This document shows positions 39,938-48,683 of a DNA stretch of 64,000 nucleotides, one piece after another. The position numbers and the translations under genes are program-made. Under the pieces are notes generated by a model, which was given only the letters and a program-made list of their open reading frames with translations, did no database searches and was not told the origin of the DNA. The stretch's first letter is position 1; every line of letters begins with the position of its first letter. Origin of the DNA: an uncultured Fluviicola sp. (GTDB lineage: Bacteria > Bacteroidota > Bacteroidia > Flavobacteriales_D > Crocinitomicaceae); assembly GCA_964585545.1 (NCBI GenBank), contig CAZPDT010000016.1, forward strand, positions 17,845-81,844. Direction: 5' to 3'.

Positions 39938-40948
39938 TTATTTTTCTTTTTTGATTTTGGATTCTAGGGCTTTTAATTCTTCTAAATCTTTTTTATCCGC
40001 TTGATTTGCTTCGTATGCTTTTCGCTTACTATCAAAAGACTTATAAATCTCTTTTACTTTCTTTTCCATCATAGCCTTACTAATGCTGCCTTTGCCTTTA
40101 AGCACTTTTTTATCATTAAACTCAAGAATAGCATCTACGTTTTTACGCCAGAAATTCATTGTTATATCCATTCTGTTTTTGGCTCTCAGCTCTGCGGTTT
40201 CAAGGAATATTACAACAAGTCTGTTTAAGGTGTCAATTTCATCTTCGGTTAAATAGTTTTTAGCAATGAAAATATCTTGTTTACGCACGATGCTTCCTTT
40301 CCAATTGGTTAAGGCCATATTAGGTTGGTTGGCATCGGCTCTTGACAAAATTATTTCGGCAGCAGTTTTATTTGTTACCGCATACAATAATTTATTTTGT
40401 GTTTCGGCAAAAAACATTTGCGTGGCTTTATCAGTTGGGTCATAATCGCTAGAAAGGGCAAATAAATCTCTTACTTTTTGATAAAAACGTTTTTCCGAAG
40501 CACGTATATCACGAATGCGAGCGAGTAATTCATCGAAATAGTCTGGTCTACCATCAGGATTTTTAAGACGTTCATCATCAATTATAAATCCTTTTATAAT
40601 ATATTGCTTTAAGTTTTGGTTTGCCCAAATACGAAATTGTGTTCCTCGTTTACTTCTCACCCTAAAACCAATGGCTAAAATCATTTCTAAACTGTAAAAA
40701 GTAACTTCGTAATTTTTGCCGTCTTGGGCAGTTGTCAAGTAATTCTTTACAACTGACTCCTCACTTAACTCATTGTCATTCAATATGTTTAATATGTGTT
40801 GGCTAATGTTTTGTTTAGAGGTGTCAAAAAGTTCAGCCAATTGATTTTGATTCATCCAAACTTGACCATCTTTGGCATATAAGGATACGGATGCTTTTCC
40901 GTCTGCCGTATTGTAAATAATTAAATTTTGTTCGTTTTTTTGTTCCAT
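39938..40948 (-). CDS. RhuM-family (Virulence_RhuM) protein
   Basis: LIIYNTADGKASVSLYAKDGQVWMNQNQLAELF.TSKQNISQHI.NI, YSLEMILAIGFRVRS.RGTQFR.WA and FYQKVRD.FALS.DY...... are typical RhuM blocks. Its stop lies 2 nt before the methyltransferase start. Confidence 0.75.
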   Translation of the reverse strand: MEQKNEQNLIIYNTADGKASVSLYAKDGQVWMNQNQLAELFDTSKQNISQHILNILNDNELSEESVVKNYLTTAQDGKNYEVTFYSLEMILAIGFRVRSKRGTQFRIWANQNLKQYIIKGFIIDDERLKNPDGRPDYFDELLARIRDIRASEKRFYQKVRDLFALSSDYDPTDKATQMFFAETQNKLLYAVTNKTAAEIILSRADANQPNMALTNWKGSIVRKQDIFIAKNYLTEDEIDTLNRLVVIFLETAELRAKNRMDITMNFWRKNVDAILEFNDKKVLKGKGSISKAMMEKKVKEIYKSFDSKRKAYEANQADKKDLEELKALESKIKKEK

Positions 40949-40960
40949 AATAACAATAAT

Positions 40961-43900
40961 TTAACCAGTGAATGATTCTGATATAATTATTTGAGGTTTT
41001 GAACTCAAAGGTGTCTTTGGTCGCTTTTTGGGTTCGTCATCAAACAATTCTTCCTTGATTTCTTCCAGTGGATAGCTCTTAATGATTTTCATCATTTCAT
41101 TAAATTCATCCACACGCTTCATCTTTTTAGAAACGCTTTCCTTTTTTAGCTTATTGATTTCTCGTGGAAGTTTTTGAAAACGACCTATTTCAATTGCTTT
41201 TTTTGCTTCTAATAATAACTCTTTTTCATCTTCAGAGGCATATTCTTGAAGAATAGTACCTTTAATAACTGCAATAGCTCTTTTTTCATTTGGTCCTAAT
41301 TTTACACTTGCTTTAGTACCTAAACTTAATAGGCTTTGGTCTTCCACAAATGAATCTAATGCTGTGTTAATCTGCTCATAATGGAATTCAGGCAGTTCTG
41401 TAGCTCGTTCTGTAATTTCAGCTTTATAAAGTCTTGCTGCTTCTACAAAGGTTAATTCTTCAATAGAATTATCAGTGTGCATTAAATAGTAAGCATCTCT
41501 TTTTTTGTTCTTTATGTATGCAATAGTTTGTCCTTTTACCGCTTTGTTTTTACGACCACATCTTGCTCTTCTCGGAATTTTATTCTTAATATATTGGTAT
41601 TGGTCAGGATTCTCTTCTCGGAATTTTCTGAGATAGTTTAAATATTCAAGACGTTCGTCTTTTTCTTCCTCTGGCAGTTGCTCAAACAAACCATAAGAAT
41701 CAAAATCCTCATTAGTAGAGTAAATTTGGCTATCCTCACCTAATGCTGAATGAAAAGCTTGTAATTTCATATAAGCTTTTTTATTCAATTCAATTTCTGT
41801 GTCGGCTTGTTCTGTAGGGAAGAAGTTAAAAATGTTTATAAATTGATAAGGTGTACCAACTCTATTTACACGTCCTATACGTTGCATTAGACGAGTTGCA
41901 TTCCAAGGAATATCATAATTGACAATAGTGTTGGAACGATGGAGGTTAACACCTTCCGCCAATACTTCTGTTGTGATAATTATATCGTAATCATTTTTAG
42001 CATCTGCAATGGTTTGATTAGCATCAAAGTTTTCGGCAATTGTATCTGTTAAATCTTTTGCATTTGAAGAATCAACACTTAAAATTCTTGAAAAACCATC
42101 ATTTTCCAATCTATTCATTAAATAGGCAGTTGTTTCTTTAGATTCAGAGAAAACAACCAACTTTTTACTTTTATTCACTTCTTCATTTAGTAAATCTGTT
42201 TTAAGCTTTTCAATGAATCTGTCATATTTAGGGTCGTAATCACCTATATTATCCCATTGTTCGACAAGTTTTTTAAGAATGATGTCATCATTTCTAATTC
42301 CCTCTTTAAATTCTTCTGAAAACTCCTCAATACCAAAAGCCTGAATTTTTGACGGGTCTTCAGCGTTTAAAAGTAATTCATCAAGTATTGCTTCATCATC
42401 ATTTAAAATATATTCACTTACACCCAATTTCGGTGCAATGTATATTTTACCATTTTCAATCATTTTGAGCATTGCCCTGTTAGCATCATAGAATCGATTA
42501 AGACTCATTTTAAAAGCGTGAAAAGAACTATCTATCCTTTTTACAAGCAAAATTTTCATAATCACAGCCAATTGCTCTGATATTCTATTGGCTTGATTGG
42601 GATCCACACCAGTTGTCTTTTTGTATTGCTTTTTGGCTTCATCACTCATATATTTTATCGCCTGATAACGATAATAGCTTAAACCACCTTTACTGTCCTT
42701 GACAATTTTTATAGTTTGGTCGTAAAGGTCATTTACCTCTTCATTTAATTGATAAAGTATTTGTTTAGGTGGAATTATGTCAGGAAAAGTAAATCCTTGT
42801 TCATTTATATCTTCTAAATAGCTTGTTGTGTTTTTAATGTCAGTTCTAGTTCTTCTAACGATGATTGGTTCGAGAACTTTGTTTCTTATTTCTTCATAAA
42901 TTTCTTTAACACCTTGAGCTATTTTAATGTGGTCTTGCTCTTTTTTAAGTTTATTGTATTTATCAATTAAGGGTCTAAAAAAATGCTGTAAGTTACCAAC
43001 TTCAAGAGTTGATTGTTTAGAATCTTGAAAAAGATATAATTGGTTTCTAATATCCTGAGGTCTGTTATTTAGTGGAGTAGCTGTAACAAGAATTACTTTT
43101 TTCTTGTCAGACAAATCGTTTCCTTTTCTTTTTCTTTTAGTCTTACATAGTTTCTGTAATTGATGAAACATTTCTGATTCATCAGAACGAAATTTATGAG
43201 CTTCATCAACTATAATTAAATCATAATCCTCAGGATGTTTAATTTTATGTAACGAACCATTTGTTACAAAGTCAATGTTCGGCACTTCAAAATCACGAAT
43301 TGTTTTTTTCCAACTTTTCTCGACTGCTGGAGGATAGATTACCAGTGTTTTAGTTCTATAACCATTTGCGAAGTAGAATTTTTTTGCAATGATGGTTGCA
43401 ATAATGGTTTTACCTAGCCCAACTACATCTGCTAAAATAAACCCTGAGTGTTTCAGTAATTTGGAATATCCATCATTTACAGCATCAATTTGGTAGGCGA
43501 GTTTTTTATAACCTTTTGGTAAATCGGTTATGGACTCTGGGTCATATTCAATAGATTTCCCAAAATATTCAATGAGTAACTTTATGTATATTTCAAAAGG
43601 AGTAAACTGGTCGCTTAGATGAGTTGTGTTTTTTACTTTTTGAACTGTTTCAGGCAAAATGTCTATTGCCTCTTTCCATAAATCCTCAAATGTTTTTGTA
43701 GCGAAAGCCACATCATCATAATAAGGTAATAAAACATTGAATTCAAAGTTTTTTTCAATTCCAGATACGGAAAGGTTTGAAGAACCTGTAATTACTCTTC
43801 CTGGATTATGTTCATTCCATAGAGCAGGTCTGAAAATGTATATTTTGGCGTGAATATTTTTGTTTGGATGAGCTTTAATTTCAATTTTCCCTTTGGTAAT

Positions 43901-44245
43901 ATCATCAACAAACTGAACTATACCATCTTCTACATTTTTTGAATAATCAGATTGCTCAATATCACTTTTCAAGTCTCTCATAAACTCTTCTCTAGTGACA
44001 TTTGTATTAAAATTAAATTCAAGTCCTTTTCTAGCTGCTTCACTTATTAGATGGTCAACATCGATTCCAACTAAAATTCGAATCTTTTCGACATCTTTTA
44101 AATATTCTCTAATTCTGAAATAACCTGATGAACGAAAATAACCTACAAGAGCATCAAAGACATTTACTTCTGTATGCTCAAATATTCCCTTAAATTTATT
44201 TAAAAGAGTATTGTCCTCTTTGTTGGTGAAAAACTTTGTACTCAT
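40961..44245 (-). CDS. PLD-family nuclease domain fused to an SNF2/DEAH superfamily-2 helicase
   Basis: The N-terminal single HKD-like motif is NIHAKIYIF...VITGSSNLSVSG. Helicase motifs: I LADVVGLGKTIIA, II IIVDEAHKFR, III LVTATPLNN, V TEVLAEGVNL, VI PWNATRLMQRIGRVNRVG. 1094 aa. Confidence 0.8.
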   Translation of the reverse strand: MSTKFFTNKEDNTLLNKFKGIFEHTEVNVFDALVGYFRSSGYFRIREYLKDVEKIRILVGIDVDHLISEAARKGLEFNFNTNVTREEFMRDLKSDIEQSDYSKNVEDGIVQFVDDITKGKIEIKAHPNKNIHAKIYIFRPALWNEHNPGRVITGSSNLSVSGIEKNFEFNVLLPYYDDVAFATKTFEDLWKEAIDILPETVQKVKNTTHLSDQFTPFEIYIKLLIEYFGKSIEYDPESITDLPKGYKKLAYQIDAVNDGYSKLLKHSGFILADVVGLGKTIIATIIAKKFYFANGYRTKTLVIYPPAVEKSWKKTIRDFEVPNIDFVTNGSLHKIKHPEDYDLIIVDEAHKFRSDESEMFHQLQKLCKTKRKRKGNDLSDKKKVILVTATPLNNRPQDIRNQLYLFQDSKQSTLEVGNLQHFFRPLIDKYNKLKKEQDHIKIAQGVKEIYEEIRNKVLEPIIVRRTRTDIKNTTSYLEDINEQGFTFPDIIPPKQILYQLNEEVNDLYDQTIKIVKDSKGGLSYYRYQAIKYMSDEAKKQYKKTTGVDPNQANRISEQLAVIMKILLVKRIDSSFHAFKMSLNRFYDANRAMLKMIENGKIYIAPKLGVSEYILNDDEAILDELLLNAEDPSKIQAFGIEEFSEEFKEGIRNDDIILKKLVEQWDNIGDYDPKYDRFIEKLKTDLLNEEVNKSKKLVVFSESKETTAYLMNRLENDGFSRILSVDSSNAKDLTDTIAENFDANQTIADAKNDYDIIITTEVLAEGVNLHRSNTIVNYDIPWNATRLMQRIGRVNRVGTPYQFINIFNFFPTEQADTEIELNKKAYMKLQAFHSALGEDSQIYSTNEDFDSYGLFEQLPEEEKDERLEYLNYLRKFREENPDQYQYIKNKIPRRARCGRKNKAVKGQTIAYIKNKKRDAYYLMHTDNSIEELTFVEAARLYKAEITERATELPEFHYEQINTALDSFVEDQSLLSLGTKASVKLGPNEKRAIAVIKGTILQEYASEDEKELLLEAKKAIEIGRFQKLPREINKLKKESVSKKMKRVDEFNEMMKIIKSYPLEEIKEELFDDEPKKRPKTPLSSKPQIIISESFTG

Positions 44246-44520
44246 AAGGTTTTAATAATTTTTTTTAGACCATCTTTAAGGTATGTTAATTCTCCTAAAT
44301 CCGTAATTACCGCTGATTGAATGAATTCCAATTCGACTTCTTTTTCTGTCTTATCAAGAGAATCTGCCAATGTTGGAATCATATCTATAGTGGCTCTCCT
44401 TTCGTTCCTTTCAATCTTACTTAATATCGATGTATCGATATCAAGTGCAGCTGCAACTTTACGTAAAGGCAAACCTTTCTCTTCTCTTAAATTTCTAATG
44501 TATTCTCCAAATGATTTCAT
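44242..44520 (-). CDS. XRE-family helix-turn-helix regulator (controller-protein-like)
   Basis: FGEYIRNLREEKGLPLRKVAAALDIDTSILSKIERNERR is an HTH_3 pattern. Its stop overlaps the helicase start by 4 nt. Confidence 0.75.
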   Translation of the reverse strand: MKSFGEYIRNLREEKGLPLRKVAAALDIDTSILSKIERNERRATIDMIPTLADSLDKTEKEVELEFIQSAVITDLGELTYLKDGLKKIIKTL

Positions 44521-44549
44521 CTTGATAAATTTATTTAGACGATTCTGTC

Positions 44550-44562
44550 CAAATGTACATTT
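44550..44562 (-). promoter_or_regulatory. Candidate -7 promoter box (TACATTTG) embedded in a perfect 12-bp palindrome AAATGTACATTT
   Basis: On the minus strand TACATTTG fits the Bacteroidota -7 consensus TAnnTTTG, about 30 nt upstream of the HTH ATG. AAATGTACATTT (44551-44562) is its own reverse complement. Confidence 0.4.
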
Positions 44563-44590
44563 ATTATTTCGATTTTAAACGTGAGCGGTG

Positions 44591-44656
44591 GGAAAAATTA
44601 AGCTCTTTTGTTTTTTAAGGAAGGGCAGAGGGAAGGCAAAAAACAAATGTGCTTAA
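44591..44656 (-). terminator. Long imperfect hairpin followed by a T-run on the minus strand, between IS copy B and the operon
   Basis: The arms TTAAGCTCTTTTGTTTTTT and AAAAAACAAATGTGCTTAA pair at 17 of 19 positions. The loop is 21 nt and G/A-rich. The minus strand continues with TTTTTCC. Confidence 0.4.
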
Positions 44657-44748
44657 TATGTGGCTGGTTTCGTTTCGTAGCTTGTGTACAACGGCAGTCT
44701 GTCTCATAACCAACCATAAAACCTATAAAAATAAGAAACTTTGCTGAT

Positions 44749-45993
44749 TCACAGCATTTTCAACCCCAAAACTAATGACTTGTAAAAATGAAACTTTAGC
44801 ACTTTTAGAACGGTTTTGGGTAAAAATAACAGCTTTTTGAGCCGATTTAAGACATATTTGGCTATTTCCTTGGCTGTAACTCCCAGATTCACCATTCTTT
44901 TTAAGTTGTAAGCCAATGCAATTAAACCAAAATCTGCTTCTGCTCTTTGAAGTCCTTTTTTGGTCATGATGTGATCAAATCCCCATTGTCTTTTCATGGT
45001 TCCGTAAGGGTGTTCAACTAATGCTTGCCGTTGTTTGTAAAGTTCAAGGTTTTTAGCTACACGTTTGGCGTTGTTCTGTATGTTTTGAGTAAATTCAGAA
45101 CGTTGAATGACTTTTCCGTTAATTTTTGAAGTGGTACACTCACTGCGTACAGGACAGGTTTTACACGCCTTGGTTTTGTATTGTTTAAATCGGTAGTTTC
45201 TAGCTTTGTATTCGGTTTGATTTGAAATGAGTTCATTTCCTTGCGGACAAGTATAGCTGTCTGTTTTATCGTTATAAATAAAGTTTTCCGAGTTATAAGC
45301 TGGGTTTGGAGCTTGACTGGATCTACCGATATTTGGAATGGCAACTAAGGTTTTTATTTCTAGATTATCAGCGGTTTTAAATTCACTTCCTGTGTGATAA
45401 CCTTTATCATAAAGCGCTGTAAATTTATTGGTTTTTAGAATGGTTTTTGCTCTTCGGAGCATCATTCCCATTGCCTTTTTATCGTTTTGGTTAGTGAGTT
45501 TATAGTCAAGTAATAATTTGTGTTTTGCATCAACGGTGGTTTGAGCGGTATAACAAACTTCGGTAATTGTTCCTCTTACTATTTGATGCCTGCTGTCTAG
45601 ATCGGAAGTGGAAAGTTGAGGGTTTTCGGAAGACTTATCTTCGTCTAGCTTTTCTTGTATTTGCTCATACTTTTTACGCTGAGTCTTACGCAGTTCTACT
45701 TGTTTTTCTAACTTCTCTTTTTGATCTCCATCAGCTGTAGATAAGGCTGTATTGTGTTCTTCAAGCTTGTTGTCAATATACTCTAAATGACGTTTGATTT
45801 TCTTTTTATTGTAATTGTTCTTCTTACTGTTTTGTGCTCGTAGTTTAGTGGAGTCTCCAGCAATCAAAATTCCTCCAATAAGGTTAAAGTTTTTAGCAAT
45901 TTCAACACTATAACGAAAAACACGCTTGATGGCTTTGGGGTTATCTTTTCTAAACCTGGCAATGGTATTGTGATCTGGTTTTAGATTTTTCAA
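44749..45993 (-). CDS. IS1182-like transposase, catalytic part (copy B)
   Basis: 414 aa and near-identical to copy A apart from a cluster of substitutions (AKRVAKNLELY vs AHRVAENIKLY, and others). The C-terminal tail differs because it is read from flanking DNA. Confidence 0.75.
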   Translation of the reverse strand: MKNLKPDHNTIARFRKDNPKAIKRVFRYSVEIAKNFNLIGGILIAGDSTKLRAQNSKKNNYNKKKIKRHLEYIDNKLEEHNTALSTADGDQKEKLEKQVELRKTQRKKYEQIQEKLDEDKSSENPQLSTSDLDSRHQIVRGTITEVCYTAQTTVDAKHKLLLDYKLTNQNDKKAMGMMLRRAKTILKTNKFTALYDKGYHTGSEFKTADNLEIKTLVAIPNIGRSSQAPNPAYNSENFIYNDKTDSYTCPQGNELISNQTEYKARNYRFKQYKTKACKTCPVRSECTTSKINGKVIQRSEFTQNIQNNAKRVAKNLELYKQRQALVEHPYGTMKRQWGFDHIMTKKGLQRAEADFGLIALAYNLKRMVNLGVTAKEIAKYVLNRLKKLLFLPKTVLKVLKFHFYKSLVLGLKML

Positions 45994-46456
45994 AAGCCAA
46001 ATTACTTCTAGATTACGATGACATTATTCACAAGTGTATATTTTTATAGGTGTTCATGAGATCGCTTTGCTAAGTTCTTTTTCTAATTGTCGGGAAGAAC
46101 GCATGCGGTTCATGTAACCATAGATGTATAATTTTAATAAATCTGCGGGATTATACGGCGGTCTTCCCTGAGCAGGCAATGACTCAAATCCCATGTCATG
46201 TAAATTGAGGCTTTCTACAAACTGATCGATAAATCGCACTGAATTGTCCTGTGGAATCATATCATCCAAACAAGTAGTGTATAAAGCTAACTGCTGACGG
46301 TTTTCTCCTTGTTGATATTCCATACTTAAAGATACGAAAAACCAAGGGTGGTTTGACATTTATGTTGGTAGGTTTTCAACAGAGTTATTAAGTTTTGAGA
46401 CAGTCTGACGGACTCGGGTATGAGTAGTTGCGTGGGTTAGCACTTAACTTTGCAAG
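44778..46456 (-). mobile_element. IS1182-family-like insertion sequence, copy B (about 1679 bp)
   Basis: The left end CTTGTAAAAATG... and right end ...AACTTTGCAAG form an imperfect terminal inverted repeat (CTTGTAAA / TTTGCAAG). It has the same split transposase as copy A. Confidence 0.7.
46054..46323 (-). CDS. IS1182-like transposase, N-terminal part (copy B)
   Basis: The ATG at 46323 gives MEYQQGENRQQ.... It differs from copy A at two residues (CLDDM, IDQFV). Confidence 0.75.
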   Translation of the reverse strand: MEYQQGENRQQLALYTTCLDDMIPQDNSVRFIDQFVESLNLHDMGFESLPAQGRPPYNPADLLKLYIYGYMNRMRSSRQLEKELSKAIS

Positions 46457-46467
46457 TACGCGCCAGA

Positions 46468-46491
46468 CTGAAAATCCTCGCGGATTTTCAG
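46468..46491. other. Perfect 10-bp-stem hairpin just outside the integrase/IS91 element
   Basis: CTGAAAATCC-TCGC-GGATTTTCAG, 35 nt from the element end. Confidence 0.6.
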
Positions 46492-46596
46492 AAGTAGGCG
46501 AGAGCAAGCAATTACTTATAGCCATTGTTGAACTCAACCTTCGGTAGCTAAAGTACAAAATTCACCGTACACATCAATAACATAAAACTTATTGAT

Positions 46597-47520
46597 ATGG
46601 AAAAGAAAAAGTATACATGGTTAAATTCCAAGCCCAATAGTGCGAAAACACTGATTGAGAGAGCAAAAAAAGAAGTGCCATTTTTCAGAGAACACTATTC
46701 CAAGTTTGAAGAACAAATGACTATTGGAGGTTATTCCCAAAGCACCTTGTTTAATTATTCGAGAGCAGTTGCGAAGGTGAGTTTACATTTTAAAAAGTCT
46801 TTATTGGATTTAGATCCAGACGAAGTAAATCAGTGGTTGTTTTTATTGGCTAAGGAAAAAACAGCGAGTTCAACGTATTTTAAACATACGGTTTATGGAC
46901 TTCGTTTCTTCTTTCGCTTGTATGAAATGGAAGATAGAGTGCTCAAATTACCTACCATTAAGAACGATAGAAAACTTCCTGTTGTTTTTTAAAGAGAAGA
47001 GCTTCGCATACTTTTTAATACACCACAAAGATTAAAACAACGGTTTTTATTTTCGCTTATTTATTCTGGAGGACTTCGTGTAGGTGAAGTTTGTCGATTA
47101 AAAATTACGGATATCGACAAAGATAGAATGCAAATTCGAGTTGTCAAAAGCAAGGGAAATCACGACCGATATGTTCCTCTTAGTAAATTGATTTTAATTG
47201 GTTTGGATAAATACCTGCGCAGTTCACTTCCTGTAACTTATCTTTTTAATGGTAAAATTAAAGGAGAACCTTTGGGACATGGTGCGGTTCAGCAGTCTTT
47301 TCGATTGGCATTAAAACAAGCTAATATTCTGAAGGAGGCTTCTGTTCATACATTGAGACATTCTTTTGCAACTCATTTACTGGAAGATGGAGTTGATATT
47401 GTTACTATAAAAGAACTTTTAGGACATGTTAATATCGAAACGACAATGATGTATCTGCATGTGGCAAAGTGCAATAGAGTCGAAGCATGTAGTCCGTTTG
47501 ATTCACTTTACAAGAAGTAA
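46597..47520 (+). pseudogene. Tyrosine recombinase/integrase interrupted by an in-frame TAA at 46990-46992
   Basis: The N-terminal SAM-like domain (131 aa) ends in KLPVVF-TAA. The same frame continues REELRILFNTPQRLKQRFLFSLIYSGGLRVGEVCRL... (catalytic Arg), HTLRHSFATHLL, LLGH and MMYLHV (catalytic Tyr). Confidence 0.75.
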
Positions 47521-48683
47521 TTAAACGCTCAAAACATGAAATAGCAAAGATACTTCATCTTTACGAAACAGATTTTCTAAAACAGTACAAAACAAGCTCT
47601 CAAGTACTGCGAACATTTAATGCAATTAAAGCTTGCAGAACGAGTAAACTTGGCGGACACAAGAGGAAATGTGGCGATTGTGGTCATCAAGAAATCAGTT
47701 ATAATAGTTGTAGAAATAGACATTGCCCAAAGTGTCAAACGGTAGCAAAAGAAAGATGGATTAAGGAACGAGAAGCTGAGCTTTTATGCGTTCCCTACTA
47801 TCATATTGTCTTTACTTTACCTCATGAATTGAATGATTTAGCGCTAAAATTTCCTAAAGAAGTTTACAATGCCTTATTCAAAGCTTCCTGGCAAACCCTT
47901 CAAGCTTTTTCAGCTGATGAGAAGTATTTGAATGCAAAAACAGGCATGATTTCAATTTTGCATACATGGGGGCAAACACTCAGTCTACATCCTCATTTAC
48001 ATTGCATTGTCCCGAATGGTGGACTGAGTAAAGATGGAAAATGGGTGTTTCCTAAAAAGCAAACCAAAACTTCAGATAGAAAAAAGAAATATCTATTTCC
48101 AAAGCGAGCGTTGAGCATAACTTTTAGGGCAAAATTCATGGCTTGTCTACGTAAAGAAGTTTCGGTTCCACAAAGTACGGCCAAAATATTATTCAAAAAG
48201 GATTGGGTCGTTTATGCCAAGCAACCGTTTTTCGGTCCAAAGCAAGTCATCGAGTATTTGGGCAGATATACCCACAAAATTGCTATCTCAAATTATCGTT
48301 TAAAAGATATTTCTAACAACGAAGTTTCTTTTCGTTACAAAGATTACAGAGCTGGTGCAAGTACCAAAATAATGAATCTTCAAGCAACAGAGTTTATTCG
48401 GAGGTTTTCATTACATGTTCTACCTTCTGGATTTACAAGAATAAGACATTACGGAATTTTTGCAAGTAAAAACAAGTCTACCCTGCTCAACTTAGCCAAA
48501 GCGTATTTTGGTCTTAAGTCATGGAAAAAAGAGAAAATCAATTGGAGTGTAATAGCCGAACAAAAATGGAAAATCATTCCCAATCAATGTCCTAAATGTA
48601 AAGGGACGGCCTTTGAAATAAAGGAGTTAATTCTAGGTTTAAGAGGTCCACCATTAAAATTGAAAGCTAATAATGAATTCTAA
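47502..48683 (+). CDS. IS91-family transposase (zinc-binding N-terminus plus Y2 HUH domain); open frame with no canonical start codon before 47829
   Basis: The frame is open from 47502: ...KHEIAKILHLYETDFLKQY...CRTSKLGGHKRKCGDCGHQEISYNSCRNRHCPKCQ (Zn_Tnp_IS91-like), HTWGQTLSLHPHLHCIVPNGG (HUH) and YLGRYTHKIAISNYRL (Tyr motif). The first ATG, GTG or TTG in frame is the TTG at 47829. Confidence 0.65.
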   Translation, partial: FTLQEVIKRSKHEIAKILHLYETDFLKQYKTSSQVLRTFNAIKACRTSKLGGHKRKCGDCGHQEISYNSCRNRHCPKCQTVAKERWIKEREAELLCVPYYHIVFTLPHELNDLALKFPKEVYNALFKASWQTLQAFSADEKYLNAKTGMISILHTWGQTLSLHPHLHCIVPNGGLSKDGKWVFPKKQTKTSDRKKKYLFPKRALSITFRAKFMACLRKEVSVPQSTAKILFKKDWVVYAKQPFFGPKQVIEYLGRYTHKIAISNYRLKDISNNEVSFRYKDYRAGASTKIMNLQATEFIRRFSLHVLPSGFTRIRHYGIFASKNKSTLLNLAKAYFGLKSWKKEKINWSVIAEQKWKIIPNQCPKCKGTAFEIKELILGLRGPPLKLKANNEF

